DNA from: a cyanobacterium endosymbiont of Rhopalodia gibba
Lineage (GTDB): Bacteria; Cyanobacteriota; Cyanobacteriia; Cyanobacteriales; Microcystaceae
Reading direction: 5' to 3'
Assembly: GCA_045159875.1 (NCBI GenBank)
Contig: CP067995.1
Location: forward strand, 2,464,001 to 2,528,000
Length of the DNA: 64,000 nucleotides
The stretch's first letter is position 1, and each line of letters begins with the position of its first letter. The notes under the pieces were generated by a model. It was not told where the DNA came from. It did no database searches and worked only from the letters and a program-made list of their open reading frames with translations. Made by a program: the position numbers and the translations under genes. Positions 11,153-21,929 of the stretch are shown one piece after another.

Positions 11153-12166
11153 TCAGCTATTTTTTTTGAGCAATAACTCCGCAATTTGCACTGCATTGAG
11201 GGCAGCCCCTTTGCGGATTTGATCTCCACAAATCCATAATTCCAAGCCATTAGGGTGAGAAATATCCTGACGAATTCGCCCCACCAACACCTCATCTCGG
11301 CCTGAAGCGTCTATGGGCATAGGAAAGTAGTTTTCCGTCCAATCTTCAACTAGTTTGATCCCTGGGGAATTTGCTATAATTTTCCTGGCATCGATCGCAG
11401 AAAATTGAGCAGAGAATTCCAAGTTAACAGCTTCTGAGTGAGCACGTAGTACGGGAACCCGTACGCAGGTAGCCGTCACTCTCAAATTGGGATCGTTAAA
11501 AATCTTACGGGTTTCATTGACCATTTTCATCTCTTCAGTACAATATCCCTCGTGGTTAAGAGGAGAATTGTGGGGAAATAAATTAAAAGCTAAGGGATAG
11601 GGAAAGATTTCTGTTTCGGGGGGGTGACCGTTTAAAATAGCCTGAGATTGAACTTTCACTTCCTCCATCGCTCTGGCCCCTGCACCACTTGCTGATTGAT
11701 AAGTGGAGACAACAATTCTCTTAATAGGTTGAACTCGATGGAGAGGATAAATCGCGATCCCCATCAGAATCGTCGTGCAGTTGGGGTTGGCAATGATTCC
11801 TTGGTGATACTTAGCCGTTTCAGGATTAATTTCGGGAACAATCAGGGGAACCTCTGGCTCCATACGAAAAGCGCTTGAATTATCTACCATTACCGCTCCC
11901 GATTCTACGATACTTTTTGCCCAGGTTTTGGAAGTTGCTCCTCCCGCCGATGCTAATACTAAATCAATATCCCTAAAAGAGTTTTGTGTGACTGCTTCGA
12001 CCAGCAGCGTTTCCCCTTTAAAAGTTAAAGAATTTCCCACAGAGCGTTCAGAAGCTAAGAGTTTAAGACTAGCGACAGGAAAGTCACGATGTTCTAACAA
12101 ATTAAGCAACTCGGTGCCAACGGCCCCTGTCGCCCCCAGAATAGCTACCCTAACTGGTTTATACAA
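11153..12166 (-). CDS. asd: aspartate-semialdehyde dehydrogenase
   Basis: GATGAVG, DNSSAFRM, ANPNCTT, QSASGAG, DQIRKGAALNAVQ; TTG start with GGAGG upstream. Confidence 0.96.
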   Translation of the reverse strand: MYKPVRVAILGATGAVGTELLNLLEHRDFPVASLKLLASERSVGNSLTFKGETLLVEAVTQNSFRDIDLVLASAGGATSKTWAKSIVESGAVMVDNSSAFRMEPEVPLIVPEINPETAKYHQGIIANPNCTTILMGIAIYPLHRVQPIKRIVVSTYQSASGAGARAMEEVKVQSQAILNGHPPETEIFPYPLAFNLFPHNSPLNHEGYCTEEMKMVNETRKIFNDPNLRVTATCVRVPVLRAHSEAVNLEFSAQFSAIDARKIIANSPGIKLVEDWTENYFPMPIDASGRDEVLVGRIRQDISHPNGLELWICGDQIRKGAALNAVQIAELLLKKNS

Positions 12167-12633
12167 TGAATATTACCTCCTAGCGAATCGGTTAACAATC
12201 AGAAATTGCCATCGATTAATCGATTAATTTTCTGTTCTAAAGTTAAAAAATTTTTGACCTATAAGGGTTGGATTATTAACACTTAATCAGAATTTAGACA
12301 GAGAAAAATATATCTTACTATTGTGTTTACAATATTCCTATATTTATATATTGCGACTATGCCAGCTCGATTTAACGGAAAGGCTTATCTTGATTCGGTC
12401 TAAAGGTGTTGTAAATGACCTAGTTTACCTTATCATAATAGAATGATGCGACAATGTACTATTATCGATAAGGACAGATCCCGGCAAACCCTGTCAACCG
12501 ACAAAAAGCCAAGGGACTAACGATTGATCCTTAATGTTTTTAGAATATCACGAGCTGCTTGCCCTTGAAGCATTAAGTTTAATTTAGGCTTGTATTACTG
12601 TAGTTTAATGTAATTGTTTGAGATAGAACGTCG

Positions 12634-14028
12634 ATGAAAGTAACTCAGGAAAGACTCCCTGACAGTCAGATTGGCTTAGAAATTGAAATTCCGGCTGAAA
12701 CCTTAGGGAAAGCCTACGAGAAAAAGGTCAATACCTTGGCGCGTACTGCCAATATCCCTGGGTTTCGTAAGGGAAAAGTTCCCCGTAAAATCTTACTTCA
12801 ACGCCTAGGAACCAGATACGTTAATGCCGCAACTCTCGAAGAATTGATTCAGGAAAGCGTTAAAAAAGCTGTTAAGCAAGAAGAGTTAGAATCATTGGGG
12901 AATTATCGGCTATGCTCTAATTTTGAAGAATTGCTGGAAAAATTTAATCCAGGACAGTCTCTAACTTTCTCTGCCGCTGTAGATGTTCCCCCCAGCGTAG
13001 AACTAGGAAATTATAAAATCCTGAATGTGAAAGCTGAAGAAACGATTTATGAACCTGAACAGGTGGAAAACTGGTTAAAAGAACGACGAGAACAACAAGC
13101 TACCCTAATTCCCGTCGAAGATCGTTCCGCCCAAATGGGAGATGTTGCTATTGTTGACTATGTAGCGCATTTTGTCCCGGAAGATGGGCAAGAAGTTGAT
13201 GGTAAAGCAATTTCAGGGGTACAAGGGACAGATTTTCGTGTGGATCTCGCTGAGGGACGTTTCATTGAAGGCATGGTAGAAGGAATAGTTGGAATGAAGC
13301 CAGAAGAAACCAAAAAACTTAAGGTGACGTTTCCTGAAGACTATCCAAGAGAAGATTTAGCCGGACGACCATCGATTTTCACCATTACTCTCAAAGAACT
13401 CAAAGAGAAAGAACTTCTCGAGTTTAATGACGATTTAGCCGGAGAAATCAGTGAATTTGAGACAATAGGCGAATTAAGAGAGTTCTTAGAAAACCAGTTT
13501 ATAGAAGAAGCCAAAAAAGCGACTAAGAAAAGCATCCATGATGGCATTATTGTTCAGCTAATGGCAGTCTGTAAGGTTGACATCCCCGAAACTCTGGTTC
13601 AAGACGAAGTGACTCAAGTTTTGACTCAAACAGCCATGCAGATGGAACAAATGGGTATGGAAATTGGCCAACTGTTTACTCAGGAAAATCTTCCAAAACT
13701 GCGGGAAAATGCTCGTCCAGAAGCAACAAAAAGGTTAAAGCAATCCTTAGTTCTTAAGGAATTAGCTAAAGTTGAAGGTATCGAAGTTGAACAGGCTATT
13801 TTTGACGAAAAAGTTAACAAAATTAGAGAACAACTTTCAGACCGGGAGGTAGATCTCAGTAGATTAAACCAGATGGTCACAGACGAACTTTTAATAGAAG
13901 TGACTCTCGACTGGCTAGAAGAGCAAGCTACTATAGAACTAGTCCCTGCAGGAACTTTAAAGAAAAAAGAAGCTGAGCAATCTTCAGCCGACTCTGAGCA
14001 ACCATTGACAGCTACTGCAGAAGGATAA
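12634..14028 (+). CDS. tig: trigger factor
   Basis: IPGFRKGKVP ribosome-binding signature, FKBP-like domain (FPEDYP); tig-clpP-clpX order. Confidence 0.96.
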   Translation: MKVTQERLPDSQIGLEIEIPAETLGKAYEKKVNTLARTANIPGFRKGKVPRKILLQRLGTRYVNAATLEELIQESVKKAVKQEELESLGNYRLCSNFEELLEKFNPGQSLTFSAAVDVPPSVELGNYKILNVKAEETIYEPEQVENWLKERREQQATLIPVEDRSAQMGDVAIVDYVAHFVPEDGQEVDGKAISGVQGTDFRVDLAEGRFIEGMVEGIVGMKPEETKKLKVTFPEDYPREDLAGRPSIFTITLKELKEKELLEFNDDLAGEISEFETIGELREFLENQFIEEAKKATKKSIHDGIIVQLMAVCKVDIPETLVQDEVTQVLTQTAMQMEQMGMEIGQLFTQENLPKLRENARPEATKRLKQSLVLKELAKVEGIEVEQAIFDEKVNKIREQLSDREVDLSRLNQMVTDELLIEVTLDWLEEQATIELVPAGTLKKKEAEQSSADSEQPLTATAEG

Positions 14029-14043
14029 ACCTCTCTTCAGTTG

Positions 14044-14106
14044 TGTCAACATTATGCCTTGGTTGATCTGATTCACTTTTTTCACACTTGAGGCATAATG
14101 TTGACA
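14044..14106. repeat. 16-bp perfect inverted repeat between tig and clpP
   Basis: TGTCAACATTATGCCT (14044-14059) / AGGCATAATGTTGACA (14091-14106), 31-nt spacer. Confidence 0.85.
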
Positions 14107-14224
14107 GAGGGGATCAGTTTGCTGTTCCGGTCCGAGTGGACTAAAAATAGAGAATGCACAACTAAACCTATTAGGAAATGAGCCATTATTCAAAATCTTT
14201 CCCTTGACAGTTTAATTAAAGGCT

Positions 14225-14905
14225 ATGAGTAAATTGCGATTACTAGACTATTCCATAACAAACCAGCGTTTTTCAGGAATCTATTCCATGAGTCAAAATA
14301 TTGTCCCCATGGTAATAGAACAATCTGGAGTAGGGGAAAGAGCCTTTGATATTTATTCGAGATTGTTACGAGAACGTATCGTTTTTCTGGGAACCCCTGT
14401 TGACGATCAAGTCGCAGACTCAATCGTCGCACAATTGCTTTTTCTCGACGCTGACAACCCAGAAAAAGATATTCAGCTTTACATTAATTCCCCCGGAGGG
14501 TCTGTTTATGCTGGACTAGCTATTTATGATACCATGCAGCAAATTCGTCCCGATATAGTCACCATTTGTTTTGGATTGGCGGCTAGCATGGGAGCGTTTC
14601 TTCTATGTGGAGGAACTCCTGGTAAGCGGATGTCCTTACCTAGTTCGCGCATGATGATTCACCAACCTTTAGGAGGAGCTCAAGGGCAAGCTGTGGATAT
14701 TGAAATTCAAGCTAAAGAAATTCTCTATATCAAACGGCGGTTGAATGAAATGCTGGCTTATCATACCGGTAAATCCTTTGATACCATTGCAGTCGATACA
14801 GAACGAGACTTCTTTATGTCAGCGCAAGAGGCAAAAGAATACGGTTTAATCGATAAAGTGATTTCTCGGCGAGATCTGTCTGACCCCACTGTTCCCGTTA
14901 CCTAA
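14225..14905 (+). CDS. clpP: ATP-dependent Clp protease proteolytic subunit
   Basis: [30 protein letters not shown] catalytic Ser, MIHQP. Confidence 0.96.
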   Translation: MSKLRLLDYSITNQRFSGIYSMSQNIVPMVIEQSGVGERAFDIYSRLLRERIVFLGTPVDDQVADSIVAQLLFLDADNPEKDIQLYINSPGGSVYAGLAIYDTMQQIRPDIVTICFGLAASMGAFLLCGGTPGKRMSLPSSRMMIHQPLGGAQGQAVDIEIQAKEILYIKRRLNEMLAYHTGKSFDTIAVDTERDFFMSAQEAKEYGLIDKVISRRDLSDPTVPVT

Positions 14906-14926
14906 CTCAACTAACTCCAAGAGCTT

Positions 14927-16270
14927 ATGTCTAAATACGACTCCCACCTAAAATGTTCATTTTGCGGCAAATCCCAGGAACAAGTGCGAAAATTGATCGC
15001 CGGTCCAGGAGTCTACATCTGCGATGAATGTGTTGAGCTATGCAACGAGATTTTAGATGAAGAATTGATCGATACTCCGACAACGGCAGTGTCCGCAAGT
15101 TCCTCAAGAACTGAAGAGTCCCAACCTAAACGTCGTTCAAGTCGCGAACATCTTTCCCTAAATCAGATTCCCAAGCCTAGAGAAATTAAAAATTACCTCG
15201 ATGAATACGTTATTGGACAAGATGAGGCTAAAAAGGTTCTTTCCGTGGCAGTTTATAACCACTACAAGCGTCTGAGTCTTAGCCCGTCTCCAGAGGGAGA
15301 TGGGCCGGACGACTTTGTTGAACTGCAAAAATCGAATATTTTGTTGATGGGTCCAACAGGTTCAGGGAAAACTCTTCTTGCGCAAACCCTGGCCCAGATC
15401 CTACAAGTACCCTTTGCCGTTGCCGATGCCACCACCTTGACTGAGGCTGGTTATGTGGGGGAAGATGTAGAGAACATTCTACTTCGGCTGTTACAGGTAG
15501 CTGACTTAGATGTCGAGGAGGCCCAACGGGGTATAATTTATATAGATGAAATTGATAAAATTGCTCGTAAGAGTGAAAATCCCTCCATTACCCGTGATGT
15601 TTCTGGAGAAGGCGTCCAACAAGCCTTACTCAAGATGTTGGAAGGAACAGTAGCCAATGTTCCTCCCCAAGGCGGAAGAAAGCACCCTTATCAAGACTGC
15701 ATTCAAATTGACACCAGCAATATTCTCTTTATCTGTGGTGGGGCGTTTGTCGGTTTAGATAAAGTGATTGAACAACGACGGGGAAAAAAATCTATAGGCT
15801 TTATTCGCCCTGGAGATAATAGTCAAGCTAAAGACAGGCGAGCAGCTGACTTGATGCAACAAACAGAACCAGATGATCTAGTCAAATTTGGCATGATTCC
15901 TGAATTCGTGGGAAGAATTCCGGTGATGGCTGCTTTAGATCCTCTAGATGAAGATGCCCTGATTGCCATTCTGACTAAACCCCGCAACGCCTTGGTAAAA
16001 CAGTATCAAAAACTTTTGAAAATGGACAATGTTCAGTTAGAGTTTAATAAAGAAGCAGTGCGGGCGATCGCGAAAGAAGCCCACCGTCGCAAAACGGGAG
16101 CAAGAGCATTGCGGGGAATTGTGGAAGAATTGATGTTAGAAGTGATGTATGAATTGCCTTCCCGTAAGGATGTCAAGCGGTGTATGATTACTGAAGAGAT
16201 GGTCGAAAACCGTTCAACAGCTGACCTGTTGGTCCATCCTTCGTCTTTACCAACTCCAGAGTCTGCTTGA
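14927..16270 (+). CDS. clpX: ATP-dependent Clp protease ATP-binding subunit ClpX
   Basis: C4 zinc finger CSFC...[36 protein letters not shown] loop. Confidence 0.97.
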   Translation: MSKYDSHLKCSFCGKSQEQVRKLIAGPGVYICDECVELCNEILDEELIDTPTTAVSASSSRTEESQPKRRSSREHLSLNQIPKPREIKNYLDEYVIGQDEAKKVLSVAVYNHYKRLSLSPSPEGDGPDDFVELQKSNILLMGPTGSGKTLLAQTLAQILQVPFAVADATTLTEAGYVGEDVENILLRLLQVADLDVEEAQRGIIYIDEIDKIARKSENPSITRDVSGEGVQQALLKMLEGTVANVPPQGGRKHPYQDCIQIDTSNILFICGGAFVGLDKVIEQRRGKKSIGFIRPGDNSQAKDRRAADLMQQTEPDDLVKFGMIPEFVGRIPVMAALDPLDEDALIAILTKPRNALVKQYQKLLKMDNVQLEFNKEAVRAIAKEAHRRKTGARALRGIVEELMLEVMYELPSRKDVKRCMITEEMVENRSTADLLVHPSSLPTPESA

Positions 16271-16423
16271 AATTAGTTAAACGTCAGCCATAATTTAGTA
16301 AATACAACTTATGGGTCTAACTAGGAGGATTTAGATACTTAATTTCACCAGTGACCTTCTTCTTATAAGCTTTCTGAGATATGATTAGTTTTCCCAAACA
16401 GTACAATAACAAAGACTTCTAGC

Positions 16424-17260
16424 ATGGTTAACGTTCGTGGTGTTGATCTTTGCTATGCTATGAATGGGTGCACCATGAAAGAAAATCAACCAGAAATGAC
16501 AAAAAAAAACCGGTGATGGTTTACATTGATATCCGGATAGATTTGGCTTGATACTAGCACAGAACAGTCCAAAAGTTATGTAACACCTACTATTGTCTAT
16601 AATATAATTTACGTGGATTTTGAAGGTCACAACTCAGTTCTACAATCCTGTAGAACTGAGTTGTGACCTAGAAGAGTATGCCCAGGATTTAAAAATACTT
16701 CTGGGCGCTTTGTTTTGGGAATTGAGAAAAGCTATTCCATAACCACTTGATGGAGGCTTTTATCGAGACCTTGTTCGTTATCATGTATTCCGAGTAGAAA
16801 AGGCTATCTTTAGTTGTAAGGGTTTTTTAAAATATAAAAAACAGGCGTTTGTACTTTTAGCAAATTTTGCGGATACATTGTTAAATTCCCTTATTATTGG
16901 TTTCTAACGGTTTCTTTGGCTGATTGATTACTTATGGCAAGGTTTTTACATCGTCCGATTAATCAAGTAGAACGGAGTAATTTTTTAAAAAACTTTATCC
17001 TGGCAGATTATGAAGCAACATTAGGAATACTTTATATATCTTTGAGCCCAAGAGCAATTACTGTTATGCTCCAATTCGCAAAAAAATCGGTTTCGACATT
17101 ATTGATTTCAGGAGAAAAAGATATTATTATCTCGGCTGAGATGGAGCGAGTGGTAGCAGAACTGATTCGAAATATTCAATATGTCAAAATAGTTTATTTT
17201 CCTATATTAGAGAATAGAAAAACTTATTTAGAAAATGTTCAGAAATTTTTAGAAGTGTAG
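16424..17260 (+). pseudogene. alpha/beta hydrolase pseudogene
   Basis: Fragments MVNVRGVDLCY-EWV, KPVMVYI, YNLRGF*RS, ELSCDLEEYAQDL, then C-terminal ORF 16934-17260 (TLLISGEKDIII); multiple stops and frameshifts. Confidence 0.75.
16624..16669. repeat. 21-bp perfect inverted repeat with 4-nt loop
   Basis: AGGTCACAACTCAGTTCTACA-atcc-TGTAGAACTGAGTTGTGACCT. Confidence 0.95.
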
Positions 17261-17299
17261 TAACTGCCCTCTGGGCATAATGTAATCCTTGAAACTAAA

Positions 17300-17872
17300 A
17301 TGATATTTTCTGAGAAAAAAAAATTACGACGAAAACTCTTAAGACAACGTCAATCTTTAGACAAGAAAATATGGCAGGAAAAAAGCAACCGCCTCTGTAC
17401 AAGGATAAAATCTTTATCTTTATTTCAGGAAGCTAAAACAATTCTGGCGTATTTTACCTTTCGCCAGGAACCTATTCTTAATTCTCTTTTTACAATGGAA
17501 CACTGTTGGGGGTTTCCTCGTTGTGTCGATCAATCCTTGATTTGGCATTATTGGACTCCTGGAGATGCTCTAAATGTAGGAACTTATGGTATTTTGGAAC
17601 CTGACTTAAATGCCCCAATTTTAGACTCTTTTGAGGTTGATTTAATCTTGGTTCCTGCTGTCGCTTGTGATAATCAGGGGTATCGCTTAGGGTATGGAGG
17701 AGGGTTCTATGATCGTTTGTTAAATTCTCCTCAATGGCAACATATTCCTACCATAGGAATTGTTTTTGATTTTGCCTATGTTAATCGACTATCAGTTGAG
17801 TCTTGGGATTGTAAATTAAAGGCAATTTGCACCGAAACACAATACTTAAATTTATTAGAATCAGATAATTGA
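17300..17872 (+). CDS. 5-formyltetrahydrofolate cyclo-ligase
   Basis: YGILEP, DLILVPAVACD, GYRLGYGGGFYDRLL. Confidence 0.93.
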   Translation: MIFSEKKKLRRKLLRQRQSLDKKIWQEKSNRLCTRIKSLSLFQEAKTILAYFTFRQEPILNSLFTMEHCWGFPRCVDQSLIWHYWTPGDALNVGTYGILEPDLNAPILDSFEVDLILVPAVACDNQGYRLGYGGGFYDRLLNSPQWQHIPTIGIVFDFAYVNRLSVESWDCKLKAICTETQYLNLLESDN

Positions 17873-18404
17873 GTATATTTGCTTAGAAATAGATAAATGT
17901 GTCTACCATTAAAATTTATTAATTTACTGAAAGATTCTCTAAGATTGTCGTTAGCATAAAGTTGTGTAATAATACTCAGTCAATTAATGTTAGGTTGGGT
18001 AAAAAAATTGTAAGAAGAAGATTTATCAGACGAATTATAAAGCATTTTTTTTATAACTGAATTAGGGGAAGTGTGATAATAATGGATGAACAGATTGACC
18101 TAGAAGAAAATACAATGACTACCAAGTGTCTTATCCCGGAGCAGTAGTACCTAAGGCGATCTCTAATGACGAAAAATTGTATTTAAAGTAGAAAATTTGA
18201 TTAATTGGGGAAGTTATTACTTAGGGTTATGGCAGTCGTTTTCAGTTATTTTGTTAAGAGTCCTATACTAACTGTTTCTACTTTGGCTTTTGATGCTGTC
18301 ACAGTGGCTGAATTAGAAGTCAAAGAATCTAATCTGTATAGAGAGAACTTGATTATCTAGATTATCCAATAATATTGCAATTTAGTTGTTTGAATAAAAA
18401 AAAT

Positions 18405-18790
18405 ATAATTCAATTTATAATTTTTCTCCCCTATAATAAAACCGAGCAATGGCAATATAAATTGGATTATTTCGTGAAAGAAAATCAACAATTTTTAGCG
18501 GCGTTATACTGGGGATTATTGCAAGAATGAAATAATGATAAAGATCTGTTAGGAATTGACTTGCAATCCCAGCCTCATTTTGTTCGTTGTTCTCATAAAG
18601 TAATTGAAGAACTTAATAAAAAAGTTAAGTAACAGATTCAAGAAAATCTAGGTATTTTAGATGGATATAATCCTCAAAAAAAAGTAGTCATAATTTTTAT
18701 TTTTAAAGGTAAAATTAAACTAATAAATTTTAAAATTAACCCTTTTTTTAAATTTATCTTCAAGATATGTATAGTACTTTAATTAAACAA
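18405..18790 (+). pseudogene. ccmS: beta-carboxysome assembly chaperone CcmS pseudogene
   Basis: One frame reads WQYKLDYFVKENQQFLAALYWGLLQE*NNDKDLLGIDLQSQPHFVRCSHKVIEELNKKVK*QIQENLGILDGYNPQKKVVIIFIFKGKIKLINF. This matches the CcmS pattern as I recall it (LDxFVKxNQQxLAALxWGL, GIDLQPxPHFV, GxIKLIxF). Stops at 18528 and 18630; start codon appears decayed to ATA. Confidence 0.7.
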
Positions 18791-19444
18791 CTTAATTAAT
18801 CTTGATTACAGAGAAACTCACCTACTTGTATACAGTTTTATTTCGCTTTAAGATATGTCTCCAGCAGTTAAATAGTGATAACAGAAAAATACTAACCGAA
18901 TGAAGGGATGAATAGTAAGTAAGTCAATCTTTAATAAAGAGAGTATATAGGAGTTTTTTTAAAACCTCCTATATACTAGCCTATTTAATAATTTAAATAA
19001 CAAAATTAGAAGAGCAAAAATTAGAAAAGTTAACTAGCGACTTAAAAGTATCTCTAGAAGAAGAACAAGGAAAAAAAGTTATGTTTAAATGCAAGAGAAT
19101 AGCAAAATTTTAAAAAATCTAGATTAGGTAAGTACATCACAAAATAAAGTTAGAAAAATAACTTAATAAGTTGTCTATATTATTTCTCTAGAATAGCAAT
19201 CTACAGAAATAATATATGGATGGCACCAAATGAAAAATTATGAAATTCTTAGAAAGACATTTTACGGCGAATATATATAATTCAGTTGAAGTAGTCAAAT
19301 AAAGTCTTACTACATACAAGTTACTATAAAAAATATCGATTAAAAAAATAAAAATTAAACTCTAATTACTTAAATATTAAATCTATAAAGTAATTTGCTT
19401 TTCTTACATTTATTTCAAGCTATCTACTCACTTGTTTCTGGAAC

Positions 19445-20110
19445 CCTAGTTCATGCTCTTTAATTCACCGTTAGACCATTAAGCCACTTCAGTCTGTCGG
19501 GTTTATCTATGCGAGCCTCACTATCTTCTGGGTGGATTGCATAAGTCGCCGTACTATTGAGGTTGTTCAGACCGATTTGAGCAATATCCTTGCCACCGTT
19601 CCCACAATCAACGCCCCGCCAAAACTTGCTAATATCCTGCTCAAATCTTTCGCCATCTAGGTCAGAGTATATGATATATATCATTACTAATTTTTCACTC
19701 TTCGGCGATGAACCATACGTCATCTTCAAAGCCGATTCCCTCGTCGGACTTATTTTCCTGCTCGGAGTAAGCTCCGCAAAGAAATGGAAGAACCAATTAA
19801 TTGTTTAACGTAAGCTGCTTCTCTTGGTAGAACTCGACTAGTACCCCATCTGCGAGAGTTTGATTATTCTACTTAGCTATTAGGTCAGCTGGGTCGGCGT
19901 TTTGCCACCTACAATTTTACCAAACACATCTTATAGACCACGCTGAACAAATGTCCAGCATCTTCAAACATTTCGCAAGCAGCACTGTCGTTCATAGTAG
20001 TCAGTGTATTAAGATTACTATGCGGAAAGTCGGCATTGCAGCTACCACAGTCCCACAGGTGAAATCAGTGCTGTTGTTTCTTCAATATTTGCTATTCGGC
20101 ACACCTTTTT
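19445..20110 (-). pseudogene. unidentified gene remnant (relatively GC-rich, many stops)
   Basis: Coding-like composition; fragments ERQCCLRNV*RCWTFVQRGL*DVFGKIVGGKTP and ORF 19460-19729 (FEQDISKFWRGVDCGNGGK); family not recognised. Confidence 0.5.
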
Positions 20111-20597
20111 CAAAAAAGTATGTTGCGTTATAAAGTCAGATTATTCACTAAATTTTTTCCTTCAGTATAAAGTGAAAAAATACTTTAGATTGTTCCACTG
20201 AAAAAAGTTAGTGAATATTATTAGTCAGTAGTTGTTGACTCTGGGTAAAAGTTATTAACTTTTACTTTTCTTTTTACCATCTTATTACTTTTAGTTTTAT
20301 ACAGATTTTATTAGATACATTGGTTTTATGAAAAAAGTAGTCGATGAACAGCAATTATTGATCCTTTTAATAGTAGTTTAGCTATTTTTTAGACAGGCTA
20401 CATTCATAATCAATATTTTTATTTTTGCCGTGTAGAGGAAATTCTCCCCTTTTTGTGCATGATGCCGATATCCTAGACAACTACAAAGCTTGATTAATTG
20501 AGGGTTTAACTTTTTGATGGGTTCCACAATTTCTTTCTCAAATATTGAACTACTAGATAGGGTAGAAAGTGGTTAATTTACTCTAAAAAGATTATGA

Positions 20598-20753
20598 TCA
20601 TACCGTAAATAGTTCACTATTTACGGTGTGAATATTTAGTTAAAAAATATGATAAGCAAGCCTCTCCTTACACCCTCAGCTTGCTTATCATGTAATACTA
20701 TCAGTCTAATTATGTTAAACTTCTTCAATAATATTAGGTTTAGAAATTAGACT
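20598..20753. repeat. three consecutive hairpins downstream of holA
   Basis: Stems 20598-20631 (12 perfect bp plus extension), 20649-20691 (13 perfect bp, 17-nt loop), 20703-20753 (9-bp outer stem). Confidence 0.75.
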
Positions 20754-20879
20754 AAAAAAGAAGATTAATTTTGGTGTGTTGTGGGAGAAAAAAAAGAAAT
20801 TAGCAAGAATATTGTGGTTGATTTAACGGATTAAACTTAATATTTTATTTATGAATAAGCTCTCAAAAAAATCTATTAT

Positions 20880-21863
20880 CTATCTAGAAAAAATCTGACA
20901 TAATTCAATCGTTTTAGTTTGTAAGCTGGCTAAAGCATTACCACCACGTTTTAAAGCAAATTCCAATTCTAATAAAACAGGCAAGGTTGCTAAGAGTTGC
21001 TCACTAGACAAAGATTGTAATTCTCTCCGCAAAAAATAAAGGCTTTTGGGGTTAACAATATCGGCAGCTTTGGCAATCACTTTGTCATCTTTTTGACCAG
21101 ATTCAATGTGAAGTTTAACCATTGCCCAAGTGCGGAATTGTCCCACTAAAGTTGCTACAAGTTTTAAAGCTGGTTCATTATGGGAAATTAAATCAGCAAT
21201 TAATTGTAAAGATTGTCCTTTATTTCCCTGACGAATAGCTTGAGCAAGTCGTAAACTACTTTGGTTACTAGCATTGACTAAAGTAGTAATAATATCTGTA
21301 CCTAAGGGCGTGGTTCGATCAAGACTATAAAGGCGTAACTTTTCTAGTTCATAACTTAATTTTCGCGTGTTATTCCCGATAGATTCTACTAATAACTCTG
21401 TTGCTTTAGGCGTTAGTTGAACGCCAATTTCCTGAGAAATGCGCTTAACTTGGTTGATTAATTCATCAGTTTTCCAAGGAGAAATAAGAGAAAATTCTTT
21501 GATCTCGGCATATTTTTCTAAAAGTTTAATAGATTTTAGTCGGCAATCGGGTTTTTTACTCGATGTTAACACTAGGTGAGAATTTTCCGGAATAGCGGGT
21601 AAAGTTTGTTGCAGTTGGGAAAAGATTTCTTCGGAACACTCTTGAAAGATGCTAGGGTTTATAAACCAAACAAGTCTTTCTCCCATGCCAAAAACTGGAG
21701 TCATCACTTGATTTAAGGCTTGTTCTATTGCATTAGCCTGATATCCATAGATTTTATCGTAATTAAATTGAATCCAGTTAGGATCAAGGAGAGTTTCTAG
21801 TTTTTTCTTAACAGTTTGGGTGATTGCAAAGTCATCTTCACCCCACAATAAATAAATTGGCAT
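20880..21863 (-). CDS. holA: DNA polymerase III subunit delta
   Basis: MPIYLLWGEDDFAI N-terminus, ALNQVMTPVFGMGERLVW, ELEKLRLY, LVATLVGQFRTW. Confidence 0.92.
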   Translation of the reverse strand: MPIYLLWGEDDFAITQTVKKKLETLLDPNWIQFNYDKIYGYQANAIEQALNQVMTPVFGMGERLVWFINPSIFQECSEEIFSQLQQTLPAIPENSHLVLTSSKKPDCRLKSIKLLEKYAEIKEFSLISPWKTDELINQVKRISQEIGVQLTPKATELLVESIGNNTRKLSYELEKLRLYSLDRTTPLGTDIITTLVNASNQSSLRLAQAIRQGNKGQSLQLIADLISHNEPALKLVATLVGQFRTWAMVKLHIESGQKDDKVIAKAADIVNPKSLYFLRRELQSLSSEQLLATLPVLLELEFALKRGGNALASLQTKTIELCQIFSR

Positions 21864-21929
21864 AGAAAATCTCAGATAAATTAGAGAAAATAATAATATC
21901 AGGTTGTTGAATTCTTAGAGGAAGAAAGC

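Noticed and set aside
19000..19260. Possible second IS630 remnant
   Set aside because: Only vague resemblance in very A-rich sequence; not distinguishable from chance by eye
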